Virus genome (UHGV): UHGV-1570996
DNA length: 19,300 nucleotides
Direction: 5' to 3' (one strand)
Source: a virus
Below are positions 1 to 7,557 of the stretch, in pieces. Below the pieces are notes generated by a model, which saw nothing but the letters and a program-made list of their open reading frames with translations, made no database searches and had not been told where the DNA came from. How positions within the stretch are numbered: the first letter of the stretch is position 1; each line of letters starts with the position of its first letter. The translations under genes and the position numbers were made by a program.

Positions 1-134
1 CCATGATTTTCATTTTCAAATATTATTAAATAACAATTCCTATTTATAATATCTGTCATTTAATTTGCTCCAGATACAAGGAATCGCCGCAGCATGGCTA
101 CGGTTGGTATTTGTTGCATACCGAAACGGTACGA

Positions 135-163
135 TTGTTGATTTGTACAGTAGGTTTTACGAT
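135..163 (+). promoter_or_regulatory. Candidate sigma70 promoter for mnt (-35 TTGTTG at 135-140, 17-bp spacer, -10 TACGAT at 158-163)
   Basis: Hexamers read directly from sequence; AT-rich region upstream of the mnt start; near-palindrome CCACCCATTTGGTG (172-185) sits between predicted TSS and RBS. Confidence 0.25.
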
Positions 164-191
164 GCCATTCCACCCATTTGGTGAGGCATTG

Positions 192-449
192 ATGATGTAC
201 AGCAAATACGATGAGGCGCAGTTCCACTTGAGGCTTACGCACGAGTTGCACGCTAAGATTAAGCAGCGTGCAAAAATGAATAACAGGTCTATCAATTCCG
301 AAATTGTGGCTACGATGGAAGAATCACTCTCCAAACCATCACCTGTAAGCGGGTATCGTGATGAAGAAGAGAGGCTGGCCTCATTAATCTCGGAACGAGT
401 AAAAGAAGTTGCGGCTGATATCCTTAGAAAAGAAAAAACCCGCGATTAA
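192..449 (+). CDS. mnt: Mnt-like ribbon-helix-helix repressor (homolog of P22 immI Mnt)
   Basis: Translation from ATG 192 (GTGAGG RBS 6 nt upstream) gives about 85 aa; N-terminal strand-helix region FHLRL...NNRSINSEIV matches the Arc/Mnt RHH pattern (recalled P22 Mnt GRSMNSEL); C-terminal SKPSPVSGYRDEEERLA closely matches recalled P22 Mnt SKPSPVTGYRNDAERLA. The ORF-track start at 111 is judged an upstream extension. Confidence 0.7.
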   Translation: MMYSKYDEAQFHLRLTHELHAKIKQRAKMNNRSINSEIVATMEESLSKPSPVSGYRDEEERLASLISERVKEVAADILRKEKTRD

Positions 450-457
450 GCGGGTTT
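436..457. terminator. Bidirectional rho-independent terminator between convergent mnt and the ant operon
   Basis: AAACCCGC-gattaa-GCGGGTTT hairpin; on the minus strand it is followed by TTTTTCTTTTCT, on the plus strand by a weaker T-rich tract; the mnt stop codon lies in the loop. Confidence 0.6.
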
Positions 458-463
458 AGTTGG

Positions 464-685
464 TTAGTTATCAAAAAGTCCGTACGTTTCTTCTTCTTCA
501 GGTGTAAGGGGAAGAATCTCTACTCTATCTATAGATACCTTTTCAATGTACCCATGAGGTCTACTTAAAATTAAAGCTCTCTCATGCCACAGAACTCCAA
601 GAATGTGATACCTTCCAGCATCGCCTTTTACCCTGGCTCTTCCTTTGATTCTTGGCGGCATAATGCCATATTTTTTCTTTGCCAT
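464..685 (-). CDS. Hypothetical 73-aa protein, translationally coupled to the upstream antirepressor gene
   Basis: ORF with ATG at 685-683 overlapping the TAA stop of the upstream gene by one base (TAATG); basic N-terminus, acidic C-terminus; no family recognised. Confidence 0.5.
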   Translation of the reverse strand: MAKKKYGIMPPRIKGRARVKGDAGRYHILGVLWHERALILSRPHGYIEKVSIDRVEILPLTPEEEETYGLFDN

Positions 686-1413
686 TATGCAACATTACTC
701 CCATGAATCAGGTGTTGTAGTGCTTTAACACCTTCCGCATTGTAGCGGAATGCTTCCACCTGTTTGCTGGAATGCGCAGATTTATCCAGGAAGAACTTAC
801 CGTACTGCTCAGTTTTGAGGTTGTTTGCGTTAGCAATGCGACCAATCTTGTTGGCCGTTACTCCAAGCTGCTCTGCAACCTCCCCTGCTGAGTAGTAATG
901 CTCTTCTATTGCTGGAAGAGGTATTGCATTAAAACCAACGATCGGGTTGATTATGCTTGCTGCCGCAGTCTGCTTTGCTTCCGGCGCAAGATTTGGCATC
1001 AAATCGAACAGATTGGTAACAGCTTCAACCGTCATTTTCAATGTTCGCGCCTGGCGATACTCAACAAGTCCACTAGACGATTTACCGCTTTTAATGTGCG
1101 CTTCTTGCATACTTTCAAGTTGGTCTACAAGTGAGCGGCGAACAGCTTTAGATTCACGAGCAGCCACTCGAAGGGCTTGCTTAATTGACATAACAACTTT
1201 TTCAGAAGTTGTCTTGTTTGATTTTTGAACTACGAAAATTTCGTAGTGCTCACCTTCAAGTTCATCCTTAATGCGTGCAATAAAGTCGTTATTGCGGACT
1301 TCTTTTTCCCCGCACTGTCTACGAGCATGATTGACCATCTCTAACAGGTACTGGCTATCAATGGTTTTATCCGTGACAACGGATCCGATGTTTGCTACAT
1401 TCTTAAAAGTCAT
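685..1413 (-). CDS. Antirepressor-family protein, Rha-like N-terminal region with KilA-C-like C-terminal domain (ant2)
   Basis: Start chosen at ATG 1413 (AAGGAA RBS 7-8 nt upstream) rather than the track start 1464; C-terminal YYSAGEVAEQLGVTANKIGRIANANNLKTEQYGKFF resembles the KilA-C/ANT C-terminal domain; N-terminal TIDSQYLLEMVNHARRQCGEKEVRNNDFIARI resembles phage Rha regulatory proteins. Confidence 0.6.
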   Translation of the reverse strand: MTFKNVANIGSVVTDKTIDSQYLLEMVNHARRQCGEKEVRNNDFIARIKDELEGEHYEIFVVQKSNKTTSEKVVMSIKQALRVAARESKAVRRSLVDQLESMQEAHIKSGKSSSGLVEYRQARTLKMTVEAVTNLFDLMPNLAPEAKQTAAASIINPIVGFNAIPLPAIEEHYYSAGEVAEQLGVTANKIGRIANANNLKTEQYGKFFLDKSAHSSKQVEAFRYNAEGVKALQHLIHGSNVA

Positions 1414-1482
1414 TAGGCATTCCTTATGTGGTAGTAAGGGTGTGACATAGGCCGCCAGCAGCACACTGGCGGTTTTCTTTTT
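1408..1482 (+). ncRNA. Candidate sar-like antisense RNA covering the RBS and start codon of ant2
   Basis: Plus-strand -35 GTGACA (1373-1378), 17-bp spacer, extended -10 TGcTACATT (1393-1401), then a plus-oriented hairpin plus T-run at 1451-1482; no plus-strand gene is present here. Confidence 0.3.
1451..1482 (+). terminator. Plus-strand rho-independent terminator in the ant1-ant2 intergenic spacer
   Basis: GCCGCCAG-cagcaca-CTGGCGG stem-loop followed by TTTTCTTTTT on the plus strand; on the minus strand the same hairpin is preceded by an A-tract with no U-tract after it, so it is oriented for plus-strand transcripts. Confidence 0.45.
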
Positions 1483-1501
1483 GCGCCGTCCGGCGCACCA
1501 A

Positions 1502-2128
1502 TCAATGAATCCATTCCTCGCCGCGCAGTTTTGCCAGCATTGGCTGAGCGTTCTTTACGACAAAATTGTTGGTATCAAGATTCTTCATTTCACGAAGAAG
1601 TGATTTCTTGGTTTCTTCTGACATGTAGCGAGTCTCATATGCAATATCGTAAATCCTTCCTGAAAGCTCAGAACCAATTTGCTTCATTCCTGGGTAGATG
1701 TGTTTGCACATTTGTTGACTCTTCTCCATCCACAATTGTAAGTAGCAGAGATTAACCAGTTCTTCGTCAGTAAACTGTTTTGCAATCGGTGAGCATTCTG
1801 CCTGCCGATCCAAAATATCCAGCACCCAGCGGCGGAACTCTTTGGCTACCGGAGTGCGAGCAAACATCGCGATTAGGTGGGCACCGCGTAGTGAGAAAAC
1901 TCGCACTTTTTTGCGATAATTTCCTGAGGTACTCACTTCGAGTACCTGAGTCATTCCGGCGCTAAATTCATCGCTATACTTGTTATAAATCATTGTTACT
2001 GCACGACTATTTGCGTATTTAAGTGCAGATGCAATATTAGATGATGTAAACCAAACACCATGCATATCACGGGTGGGCACCAACTCAACTCCGTGGAAGT
2101 TGTAATCTGATTTTGCTACAATATTCAT
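1502..2128 (-). CDS. Antirepressor-family protein with AntA/BRO-N-like N-terminal domain (ant1)
   Basis: Start chosen at ATG 2128 (AAGGAAA RBS 7 nt upstream), giving about 208 aa beginning MNIVAKSDYNFHGVELVPTRDMHGVWFTSSNIASALKY, typical of the N-terminal domain of phage antirepressors; the track start 2233 would overlap the arc ORF. Confidence 0.6.
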   Translation of the reverse strand: MNIVAKSDYNFHGVELVPTRDMHGVWFTSSNIASALKYANSRAVTMIYNKYSDEFSAGMTQVLEVSTSGNYRKKVRVFSLRGAHLIAMFARTPVAKEFRRWVLDILDRQAECSPIAKQFTDEELVNLCYLQLWMEKSQQMCKHIYPGMKQIGSELSGRIYDIAYETRYMSEETKKSLLREMKNLDTNNFVVKNAQPMLAKLRGEEWIH

Positions 2129-2205
2129 GTTAGTTTCCTTGCATACGGTTACTGACATAGAGGCCCGGTTTGTGTTCGCGCACTGCCGGGCTTCACTATT
2201 TTTAT
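2129..2205 (+). ncRNA. Candidate sar-like antisense RNA complementary to the ant1 RBS and arc-ant1 spacer
   Basis: Plus-strand extended -10 TGcTACAAT (2114-2122) just inside the ant1 start predicts a TSS near 2129; plus-oriented hairpin GCCCGG...CCGGGC (2163-2190) followed by TTCACTATTTTTATT; arrangement parallels P22 sar as recalled. Confidence 0.35.
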
Positions 2206-2375
2206 TGGATGACAACATCGCCCTTTGCCTCAAGTTTCATCAATAACTCCATTCGATAAGCTATCTCTGCCTGAATTGACCTATGGCATCTTTTTGCTGA
2301 TTCGCGGATATGTGAATCAACCTTTTCTGTAAAACGAACCTGACGCGGCTTGATGGAAGATATCTTTTCAGTCAT
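2202..2375 (-). CDS. arc: Arc-like ribbon-helix-helix repressor (57 aa; below the ORF-track size cutoff)
   Basis: Manual translation from ATG 2375 (AGGAG RBS, 6-nt spacing) to TAA 2204-2202: MTEKISSIKPRQVRFTEKVDSHIRESAKRCHRSIQAEIAYRMELLMKLEAKGDVVIQ; strand QVRF then two helices with an RS-x-x-EI motif as in P22 Arc (GRSVNSEI); lies immediately upstream of ant1 as arc does in P22. Confidence 0.65.
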   Translation of the reverse strand: MTEKISSIKPRQVRFTEKVDSHIRESAKRCHRSIQAEIAYRMELLMKLEAKGDVVIQ

Positions 2376-2424
2376 TATGCACTCCTGTTTTTGAAAAACT
2401 CATAATCTCACTTTTTGCAGTTTG

Positions 2425-2453
2425 ATTATTCACTCACACTCAGTATGAGTCAA
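2425..2453 (-). promoter_or_regulatory. Candidate Pant-like promoter with operator repeats in the spacer
   Basis: Minus-strand -35 TTGACT (plus 2453-2448), 17-bp spacer, -10 AATAAT (plus 2430-2425), about 45 nt upstream of arc; spacer holds tandem CACTCA CACTCA plus an inverted TGAGTCA copy (plus 2431-2453), including inverted repeat ACTCA-gta-TGAGT. Confidence 0.4.
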
Positions 2454-2474
2454 TGAATTTTTTATGGTGAACTA

Positions 2475-3116
2475 ATGAATTTTGACGATCAATTCCCATC
2501 AAGAGTATCTCTGGCAAGACAGTCCAGGGGTATGACGCAGGCGCAGTTGTCAAAATTAGCTGGTGTTGTTCAACGTCAAATAGCTGCATACGAGGGTGGT
2601 GAGGCTAAACCACGGCTTCGTGTATTGCAGGCATTAGCCAACGCATTAGGTACTACGGCTGAGTGGTTAGCTCTAGGTGAAGGTCAGGGTCCAGGAACAA
2701 AAAACGTCATGCCTGACGTTCTGGTAAAGCAAATACCAATTCTCAAACTAGATGAAGTTATGCATTACCTAAACACAGGTGAACATTCATCGTCTAGATT
2801 TCATCCGGCAATATACAATGTTGGTGACTCTGCATTTGCATTGACTATTGAAGGTGAAGCTATGACTACAAGTTCAGGTATTAGCTTTCCCAGAGGATCG
2901 GTTGTCACGTTCAGCCCTCTAGTAAAAGCTAAAAGCAAAGATTATGTAATAGCATCATTGGATAAAGAGCAAATATTGAGCTTCAAACAGGTTTACATTG
3001 GTGAAATAGAGACAAACCTAGTATCCCTAAACCCAATGTATCCTAATATTCTTGTTAGAAATGAAGATGTTAGTATTTTGGCAACCGCAGTTTACCTTGA
3101 AATCCCGTTGCTTTGA
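2475..3116 (+). CDS. cI/C2-like repressor: N-terminal HTH (XRE type) and C-terminal LexA/S24-like domain with catalytic Ser apparently replaced by Ala
   Basis: 213-aa ORF with GGTGA RBS; HTH region MTQAQLSKLAGVVQRQIAAYEGGEAKPRLRVLQALANALG; C-terminal EGEAMTTSSGISFPRGSVV aligns with lambda cI EGNSMTAPTGSKPSFPDG (Ser to Ala at the nucleophile), FKQV aligns with cI FKKL, and LNPMYPNI with LNPQYPMI. Confidence 0.8.
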   Translation: MNFDDQFPSRVSLARQSRGMTQAQLSKLAGVVQRQIAAYEGGEAKPRLRVLQALANALGTTAEWLALGEGQGPGTKNVMPDVLVKQIPILKLDEVMHYLNTGEHSSSRFHPAIYNVGDSAFALTIEGEAMTTSSGISFPRGSVVTFSPLVKAKSKDYVIASLDKEQILSFKQVYIGEIETNLVSLNPMYPNILVRNEDVSILATAVYLEIPLL

Positions 3117-3176
3117 TATCCTTTAGGAAGCGACACATTATCATCTGGTATCCTGCTCAAAACTAAGGAGGTTGGT

Positions 3177-3404
3177 GTGAAGCGATGGTTCCTCATAATT
3201 ACTGTTTTCGCGATCATTTACGCTATTTTCCCTGCATTAAAAGCACCAATGCAAATAATTTCACTAGCAATAATTGCAATTGGTGCTTTCATTACAGTAT
3301 CCGTACTTGTGTTTAAGGTTTTAAAGTTTTTAGTTTGGCTATCAAAAGATGATGGATGCAAAGTTCATCAAGAAAAAGAAGGCAAAATAACCAAAGTTGA
3401 CTAA
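3177..3404 (+). CDS. Small 2-TM membrane protein (75 aa) downstream of the repressor gene
   Basis: GTG start at 3177 preceded by AAGGAGG with 6-nt spacing; two hydrophobic helices (FLIITVFAIIYAIF and IISLAIIAIGAFITVSVLVF) and a charged C-terminus; its stop overlaps the stop of convergent gp16. Confidence 0.5.
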   Translation: MKRWFLIITVFAIIYAIFPALKAPMQIISLAIIAIGAFITVSVLVFKVLKFLVWLSKDDGCKVHQEKEGKITKVD

Positions 3405-5524
3405 CTGTCACTAGCGAGCCATGTAATAATCCCAGTGCGAGCAATGGTTTTTGCTTCATCTGTTGATAGGGTTTTCTCCCATCTCTTAAATACCCCAGAT
3501 TGCATCAGTTTCCTTTCTATTGCGCGTCTCACTTCTGCTCTGTCTACTGGTGCGTTTTGCAGGCGAAATAGCATTGATTTAAACTCAGGAGAAGACAGTA
3601 GAGCATCAGCAGCCTTTATCCTGCTTGTTTTCCCTGACATCAATGCGGACGTTATCACCCCTGTTGCACCTACACCAGGAAGACCAGATAAGCTTGTAAC
3701 ACCTTCCGCCGCAGCAGCTTTTGAGGCTATTCCATAAATTTTTGCTAGACTACCCTTTTCCTTCAGAAAGTTATTAACTTGCTGATCCACAAGGCTGCTA
3801 GCATACTGCTTACCAGTATTGAGTCTATTCATAGCCTTGGCTGCTTGATAAATCGTATCAAGGCGCTTTGATGCATCTGTGCCAATAGCATCACGGAGAG
3901 CCTTCATATTGGCCCCATTGCGTGACATTCCGTTATACCATTTTACAAATCCATCAACCCCTAATTGCTGACCTGGTGATTTAGCATAGCTGGTAAATGC
4001 TTTATTCATTGAGGTGAGCGCAACTTCCTGCCGCATATCCTTTGGAATTGACTTCATTAATTGCCTAAAGTCACCACCGTTTCCTTTTGCCATATTAACA
4101 ACGGCACTTTCAACTTTTGGAATTGCTGATTGCTGAAGTTTTCTACCCAAAACGGTTACGGCATCATCTTCAATGGATTTTCGTGTTTTTACCAACTCCT
4201 TACCAAGCGTCCATAACTCCCCTGCGCCATATTTTTCTGCGACAGCCTGTTGGTCATCTGTTATAGCTGCATATAACTTTTTAAGAACACCTGTTTCTTC
4301 ATCCTTGAATGGGCCAGAGCCTTTGCCAATAGCTTGCCCAACCTGCTTTCTAGCGAGATCTAAACGCCCATACGTTGGCAAGGTGTTTGGATCAAGTCGG
4401 TTCAATGTCCGCTTCATTATTGGAGATAATTCATCAATTCCACCTATGTCATCAGCAAAATCCTCTAAAAAATTCAATGTATTGGTTGCCTCAATACGGT
4501 CTCTTACTGGAACCTTTTCGGCAATTTTGTTGTAGATGTTATCTGACTGATTTTGTAATGATGAAATGGTTTTATCAAAATTATCTGCAAGCCTGTCAGA
4601 AACCAGTTGCTTATCAAGGTTTCCCCCAAATGAAGTTATCATTTCATCAGCTTTTCTTCCTAATTCAGTAATAAAGCGCTTATGCGCCTCACTAATCTCT
4701 GTTCCAGGAAGACTTGCCACTGCATTATCAAGAGCCCTGACAGCAGGATTATTAGAGATCATTCCTGGAGTGGCATAATTTTCCAGTTCTAGCTCACGGA
4801 TGGCATTTATCGCGTTAAAATCAGGATTAACTTCATCGGCGAAACCTTGAATAGCTCGTTGCCCGCCAATAAATTTATTATCCATTGCGCCAGCAGCTTT
4901 CTTTAACGTTGCTTTAAATGATTTACTCCCCATCCCTACGGATGAGCGATAAATATCCCCGGCACTATTTTTAATTTTTCCTGCAATCTTCCCAAGCGCT
5001 GGACCAACAATCTCGGCTACAGGGCCAGCCACAGCGCCAATAGCAGCGCCGGAAGCAACATCGCTATTTGTTCCATTGGCTACAATAGCCCCTTCTCCAG
5101 CACCAAGCCCTGCGGCGGCAGCCAGCCTTGCCGCCCCTTTCGGAACCTGAGAAATAATCCCACCACCACTAACAAATGGCGCGGCTTGTCCAACAAACTC
5201 ACCAACATCTTGTGCGGTTGATGGTTTTGCCGCTAACTTCTGCTGTAGAGACTGAATTGCGGCTTGCTCTTCTGGTGTCATATCCTGAAACAGGCCAACA
5301 CCTTTACCAACATCCATCAATCCACTGAGAACGCCATACATAAAACGGTCGAAGCCGTTAGCATTATTAACAACATTTTCCTGTCTGGAATTTTCCTCTG
5401 GTGAAACCAAAGGAGATTGCTGCTGTTCTGGTTGGGCATCAAGCACAAAGCCATCAGGAAGCTGTGAGTTATCAGGCTGATTATCGAGAACAAAGCCTTC
5501 GGGTAAACCTACATCGGTTGCCAT
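3401..5524 (-). CDS. gp16-like ejection (internal virion) protein, N-terminally extended with a short tandem repeat
   Basis: 707-aa ORF at the position of P22 gene 16 (last gene of the morphogenesis operon after gp20); Ala/Gly-rich low-complexity segments; N-terminus carries [12 protein letters not shown] / [12 protein letters not shown] repeat. Confidence 0.65.
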   Translation of the reverse strand: MATDVGLPEGFVLDNQPDNSQLPDGFVLDAQPEQQQSPLVSPEENSRQENVVNNANGFDRFMYGVLSGLMDVGKGVGLFQDMTPEEQAAIQSLQQKLAAKPSTAQDVGEFVGQAAPFVSGGGIISQVPKGAARLAAAAGLGAGEGAIVANGTNSDVASGAAIGAVAGPVAEIVGPALGKIAGKIKNSAGDIYRSSVGMGSKSFKATLKKAAGAMDNKFIGGQRAIQGFADEVNPDFNAINAIRELELENYATPGMISNNPAVRALDNAVASLPGTEISEAHKRFITELGRKADEMITSFGGNLDKQLVSDRLADNFDKTISSLQNQSDNIYNKIAEKVPVRDRIEATNTLNFLEDFADDIGGIDELSPIMKRTLNRLDPNTLPTYGRLDLARKQVGQAIGKGSGPFKDEETGVLKKLYAAITDDQQAVAEKYGAGELWTLGKELVKTRKSIEDDAVTVLGRKLQQSAIPKVESAVVNMAKGNGGDFRQLMKSIPKDMRQEVALTSMNKAFTSYAKSPGQQLGVDGFVKWYNGMSRNGANMKALRDAIGTDASKRLDTIYQAAKAMNRLNTGKQYASSLVDQQVNNFLKEKGSLAKIYGIASKAAAAEGVTSLSGLPGVGATGVITSALMSGKTSRIKAADALLSSPEFKSMLFRLQNAPVDRAEVRRAIERKLMQSGVFKRWEKTLSTDEAKTIARTGIITWLASDS

Positions 5525-6852
5525 TGTCCGTTCCTGTAAATGAGTTTCTGACCAGTTTTAGGGTTCGTTGCCGTCGCGCCTTCTGATATCCCACTTGGCG
5601 CAGCTTTTGTCTGCCCATTACCACCTTGTGGTGTAGGCTGCGCTGGGACATCGTCAAATAGCTTGGCCTTCCTTCTCCCTAAGCTTTTTTTCAGCCCCTG
5701 AGGAATAGTATCTCCATACGTATCCAGATATTCGTCTACCTGCTGGTTAAACTGCTGCCCCATAGCGTTGGCGTTAATTTTTGCTGCGTTAACAATGTTA
5801 TCCCTCGCTTCCTGTGACAAGCCATTCCCTGCATTAAGCTGGTCTACATATCCTTTTATCTGCCCCCATATGCCATCAGAGCGCATAACCTGAACCTGTT
5901 CACCTTCGCGAACAACTGACTGAGGGTCGAGAGACTTCATGTAATTAAAGATAATCCCAAGTTGGGCAGCGCCAGTATTTACCTTGCTAAGGGCTTGCAG
6001 AGAGTTTGCCGCCGCTCTGACAGAGTTATAATTTTTACCAAAATTGGTAATGTCAGAATTTAATCCCTTAATTAAGTCTGCTGACGGCTTACCTTTTTGC
6101 CCCAGCTCCATTAGCTTCAATCCCATCTCATCTGAGTGCATTTGTGCCCGCTGAGCCCTGTCTAGTTGAGCGTTTTGGATATTTGCCCATCCTCTCGCGT
6201 TCTCCATGTCAGCCTGACGGATGCTTTCATCCAATCGCCCTTTCTCAAGTTGGCGACCAACCATCTTATCCTGATAATCCAGCATTTTATCCGGACCAAC
6301 AGCCCCTAGCGTCATAGTAGTCAGCATGTGTGATAGCTGCTCTGGATTCTGAATACCTGTCTGAATCATCCAGTCAGCATTCGCCCCCACGCGATTTAAC
6401 CTGTCCTTGTTATCAGTAATGAATTTACTGTAGGCTTCCGGTCCCTGAGAAAGAGCGACGTTAGCCCTCATGGCTAAATCGCCCATATCGTTGCGTTGCT
6501 GCTCATTAAGACCGGAAAATGCCTGTTGTGCCTGTGCAACAAACGCTGGATTTTCCTGGGCAAACTTAAATAGTCCCGATGGATCACCAGAAGCCCATGC
6601 ATCAGCATGAACCTTATTGAACGCATTAATCGCTTTCTGTTGCTGTTCCTGCTTATAAATATCAGCAACTCCAGCCAGACCACGTAACGCGGTCAGACCA
6701 ACGTTATTTGCACCTGAGCGAGCCAGTTCATTGTTTTCGCGGATCAGACCAAGCGTTGCGTTAATGTCGCTTGCCTTTGGCGCATTCTCATTTTGCGCAC
6801 CGATGCCAGCCAGAAAACCACCAGAATTAATACCCTGTTGCCACGTAGCCAT
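5509..6852 (-). CDS. gp20-like ejection protein
   Basis: 447-aa ORF between the gp7-like and gp16-like genes, matching P22 gene order 7-20-16; assignment by synteny and size. Confidence 0.65.
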   Translation of the reverse strand: MATWQQGINSGGFLAGIGAQNENAPKASDINATLGLIRENNELARSGANNVGLTALRGLAGVADIYKQEQQQKAINAFNKVHADAWASGDPSGLFKFAQENPAFVAQAQQAFSGLNEQQRNDMGDLAMRANVALSQGPEAYSKFITDNKDRLNRVGANADWMIQTGIQNPEQLSHMLTTMTLGAVGPDKMLDYQDKMVGRQLEKGRLDESIRQADMENARGWANIQNAQLDRAQRAQMHSDEMGLKLMELGQKGKPSADLIKGLNSDITNFGKNYNSVRAAANSLQALSKVNTGAAQLGIIFNYMKSLDPQSVVREGEQVQVMRSDGIWGQIKGYVDQLNAGNGLSQEARDNIVNAAKINANAMGQQFNQQVDEYLDTYGDTIPQGLKKSLGRRKAKLFDDVPAQPTPQGGNGQTKAAPSGISEGATATNPKTGQKLIYRNGQWQPM

Positions 6853-6862
6853 TGATTACCCC

Positions 6863-7555
6863 TTAAAACAACGAGCCAAGCAGACCAAGACCGCCGCCGA
6901 TCGCAGCCCCCCACGGAGTTGATGAACCAATTAATTTCGCAAGTCCGGCCCCAGCAATAGCACCAGACGCACCTCCGCCAATAGCAGATTGCATTGCTGA
7001 TGGTCTGTTGGCATTTGCCGCTGCAAGAGCCGCACTTTGCTGCGAAATCTGACTCATGTTGTTGGCATATGTCTGCCCTGCGTTTGCCTGACCTTGCAGA
7101 GCACCAAGCCCAACGTTTGCCAGATTCTGGTAGTTGTTCATCTGACCAGACAGCCACTGCTGACCAAGCGTTGGTGCGATTGTTGCTAACTGATTACCGG
7201 TTGCAGTGGAACCCAATCCACCTGTTGCTTCCGCTGCAGCCAGACTCTGATAGCGAGCCTGACCAGCAAGATCTTTGTACTGCTGAGAGTTGTAATACTG
7301 GTTAAGCGCCTGACCTTGCCCTTCCAGAGACGATAAGTTCTCGAGGCTGCCGACATACTTATCAGCCAGAGGAGTAAACGGCTTCAGGTTGTTCATGATG
7401 GTGTTGAACTGCTGATTTTGCAGGTCTGCGGCATACTTCTGAGCTTCTGCTGCATACTTTGCGCTTTTATCAGAGCTGCCACCTTTCCCGCCTTTTTCAG
7501 GGCACCAAGGTTCCTCGCCGCGCAGTTTTCTGCCCAGCTTAAATGCATATAACAT
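6863..7555 (-). CDS. gp7-like ejection protein
   Basis: 230-aa ORF (P22 gp7 is about 229 aa) in syntenic position; Gln/Ala/Gly-rich with hydrophobic glycine-rich C-terminus. Confidence 0.65.
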   Translation of the reverse strand: MLYAFKLGRKLRGEEPWCPEKGGKGGSSDKSAKYAAEAQKYAADLQNQQFNTIMNNLKPFTPLADKYVGSLENLSSLEGQGQALNQYYNSQQYKDLAGQARYQSLAAAEATGGLGSTATGNQLATIAPTLGQQWLSGQMNNYQNLANVGLGALQGQANAGQTYANNMSQISQQSAALAAANANRPSAMQSAIGGGASGAIAGAGLAKLIGSSTPWGAAIGGGLGLLGSLF

Positions 7556-7557
7556 GG

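Noticed and set aside
1-13. Possible minus-strand gene start (ATGAAAATCATGG) running out of the left edge
   Set aside because: Only four codons are visible and there is no clear RBS, so it cannot be supported from this window
172-185. Near-palindrome CCACCCATTTGGTG as an Mnt operator
   Set aside because: The symmetry is imperfect and it does not match the P22 Omnt sequence as recalled; mentioned only as context for the candidate mnt promoter
2129-2233. N-terminal extension of the ant1 ORF to the track start at 2233
   Set aside because: The extension overlaps the 3' end of the arc ORF and lacks an RBS, whereas ATG 2128 has AAGGAAA upstream. The same reasoning trims the ant2 ORF to 1413, the mnt ORF to 192, the T5orf172 ORF to 18183 and the post-coat ORF to 10772
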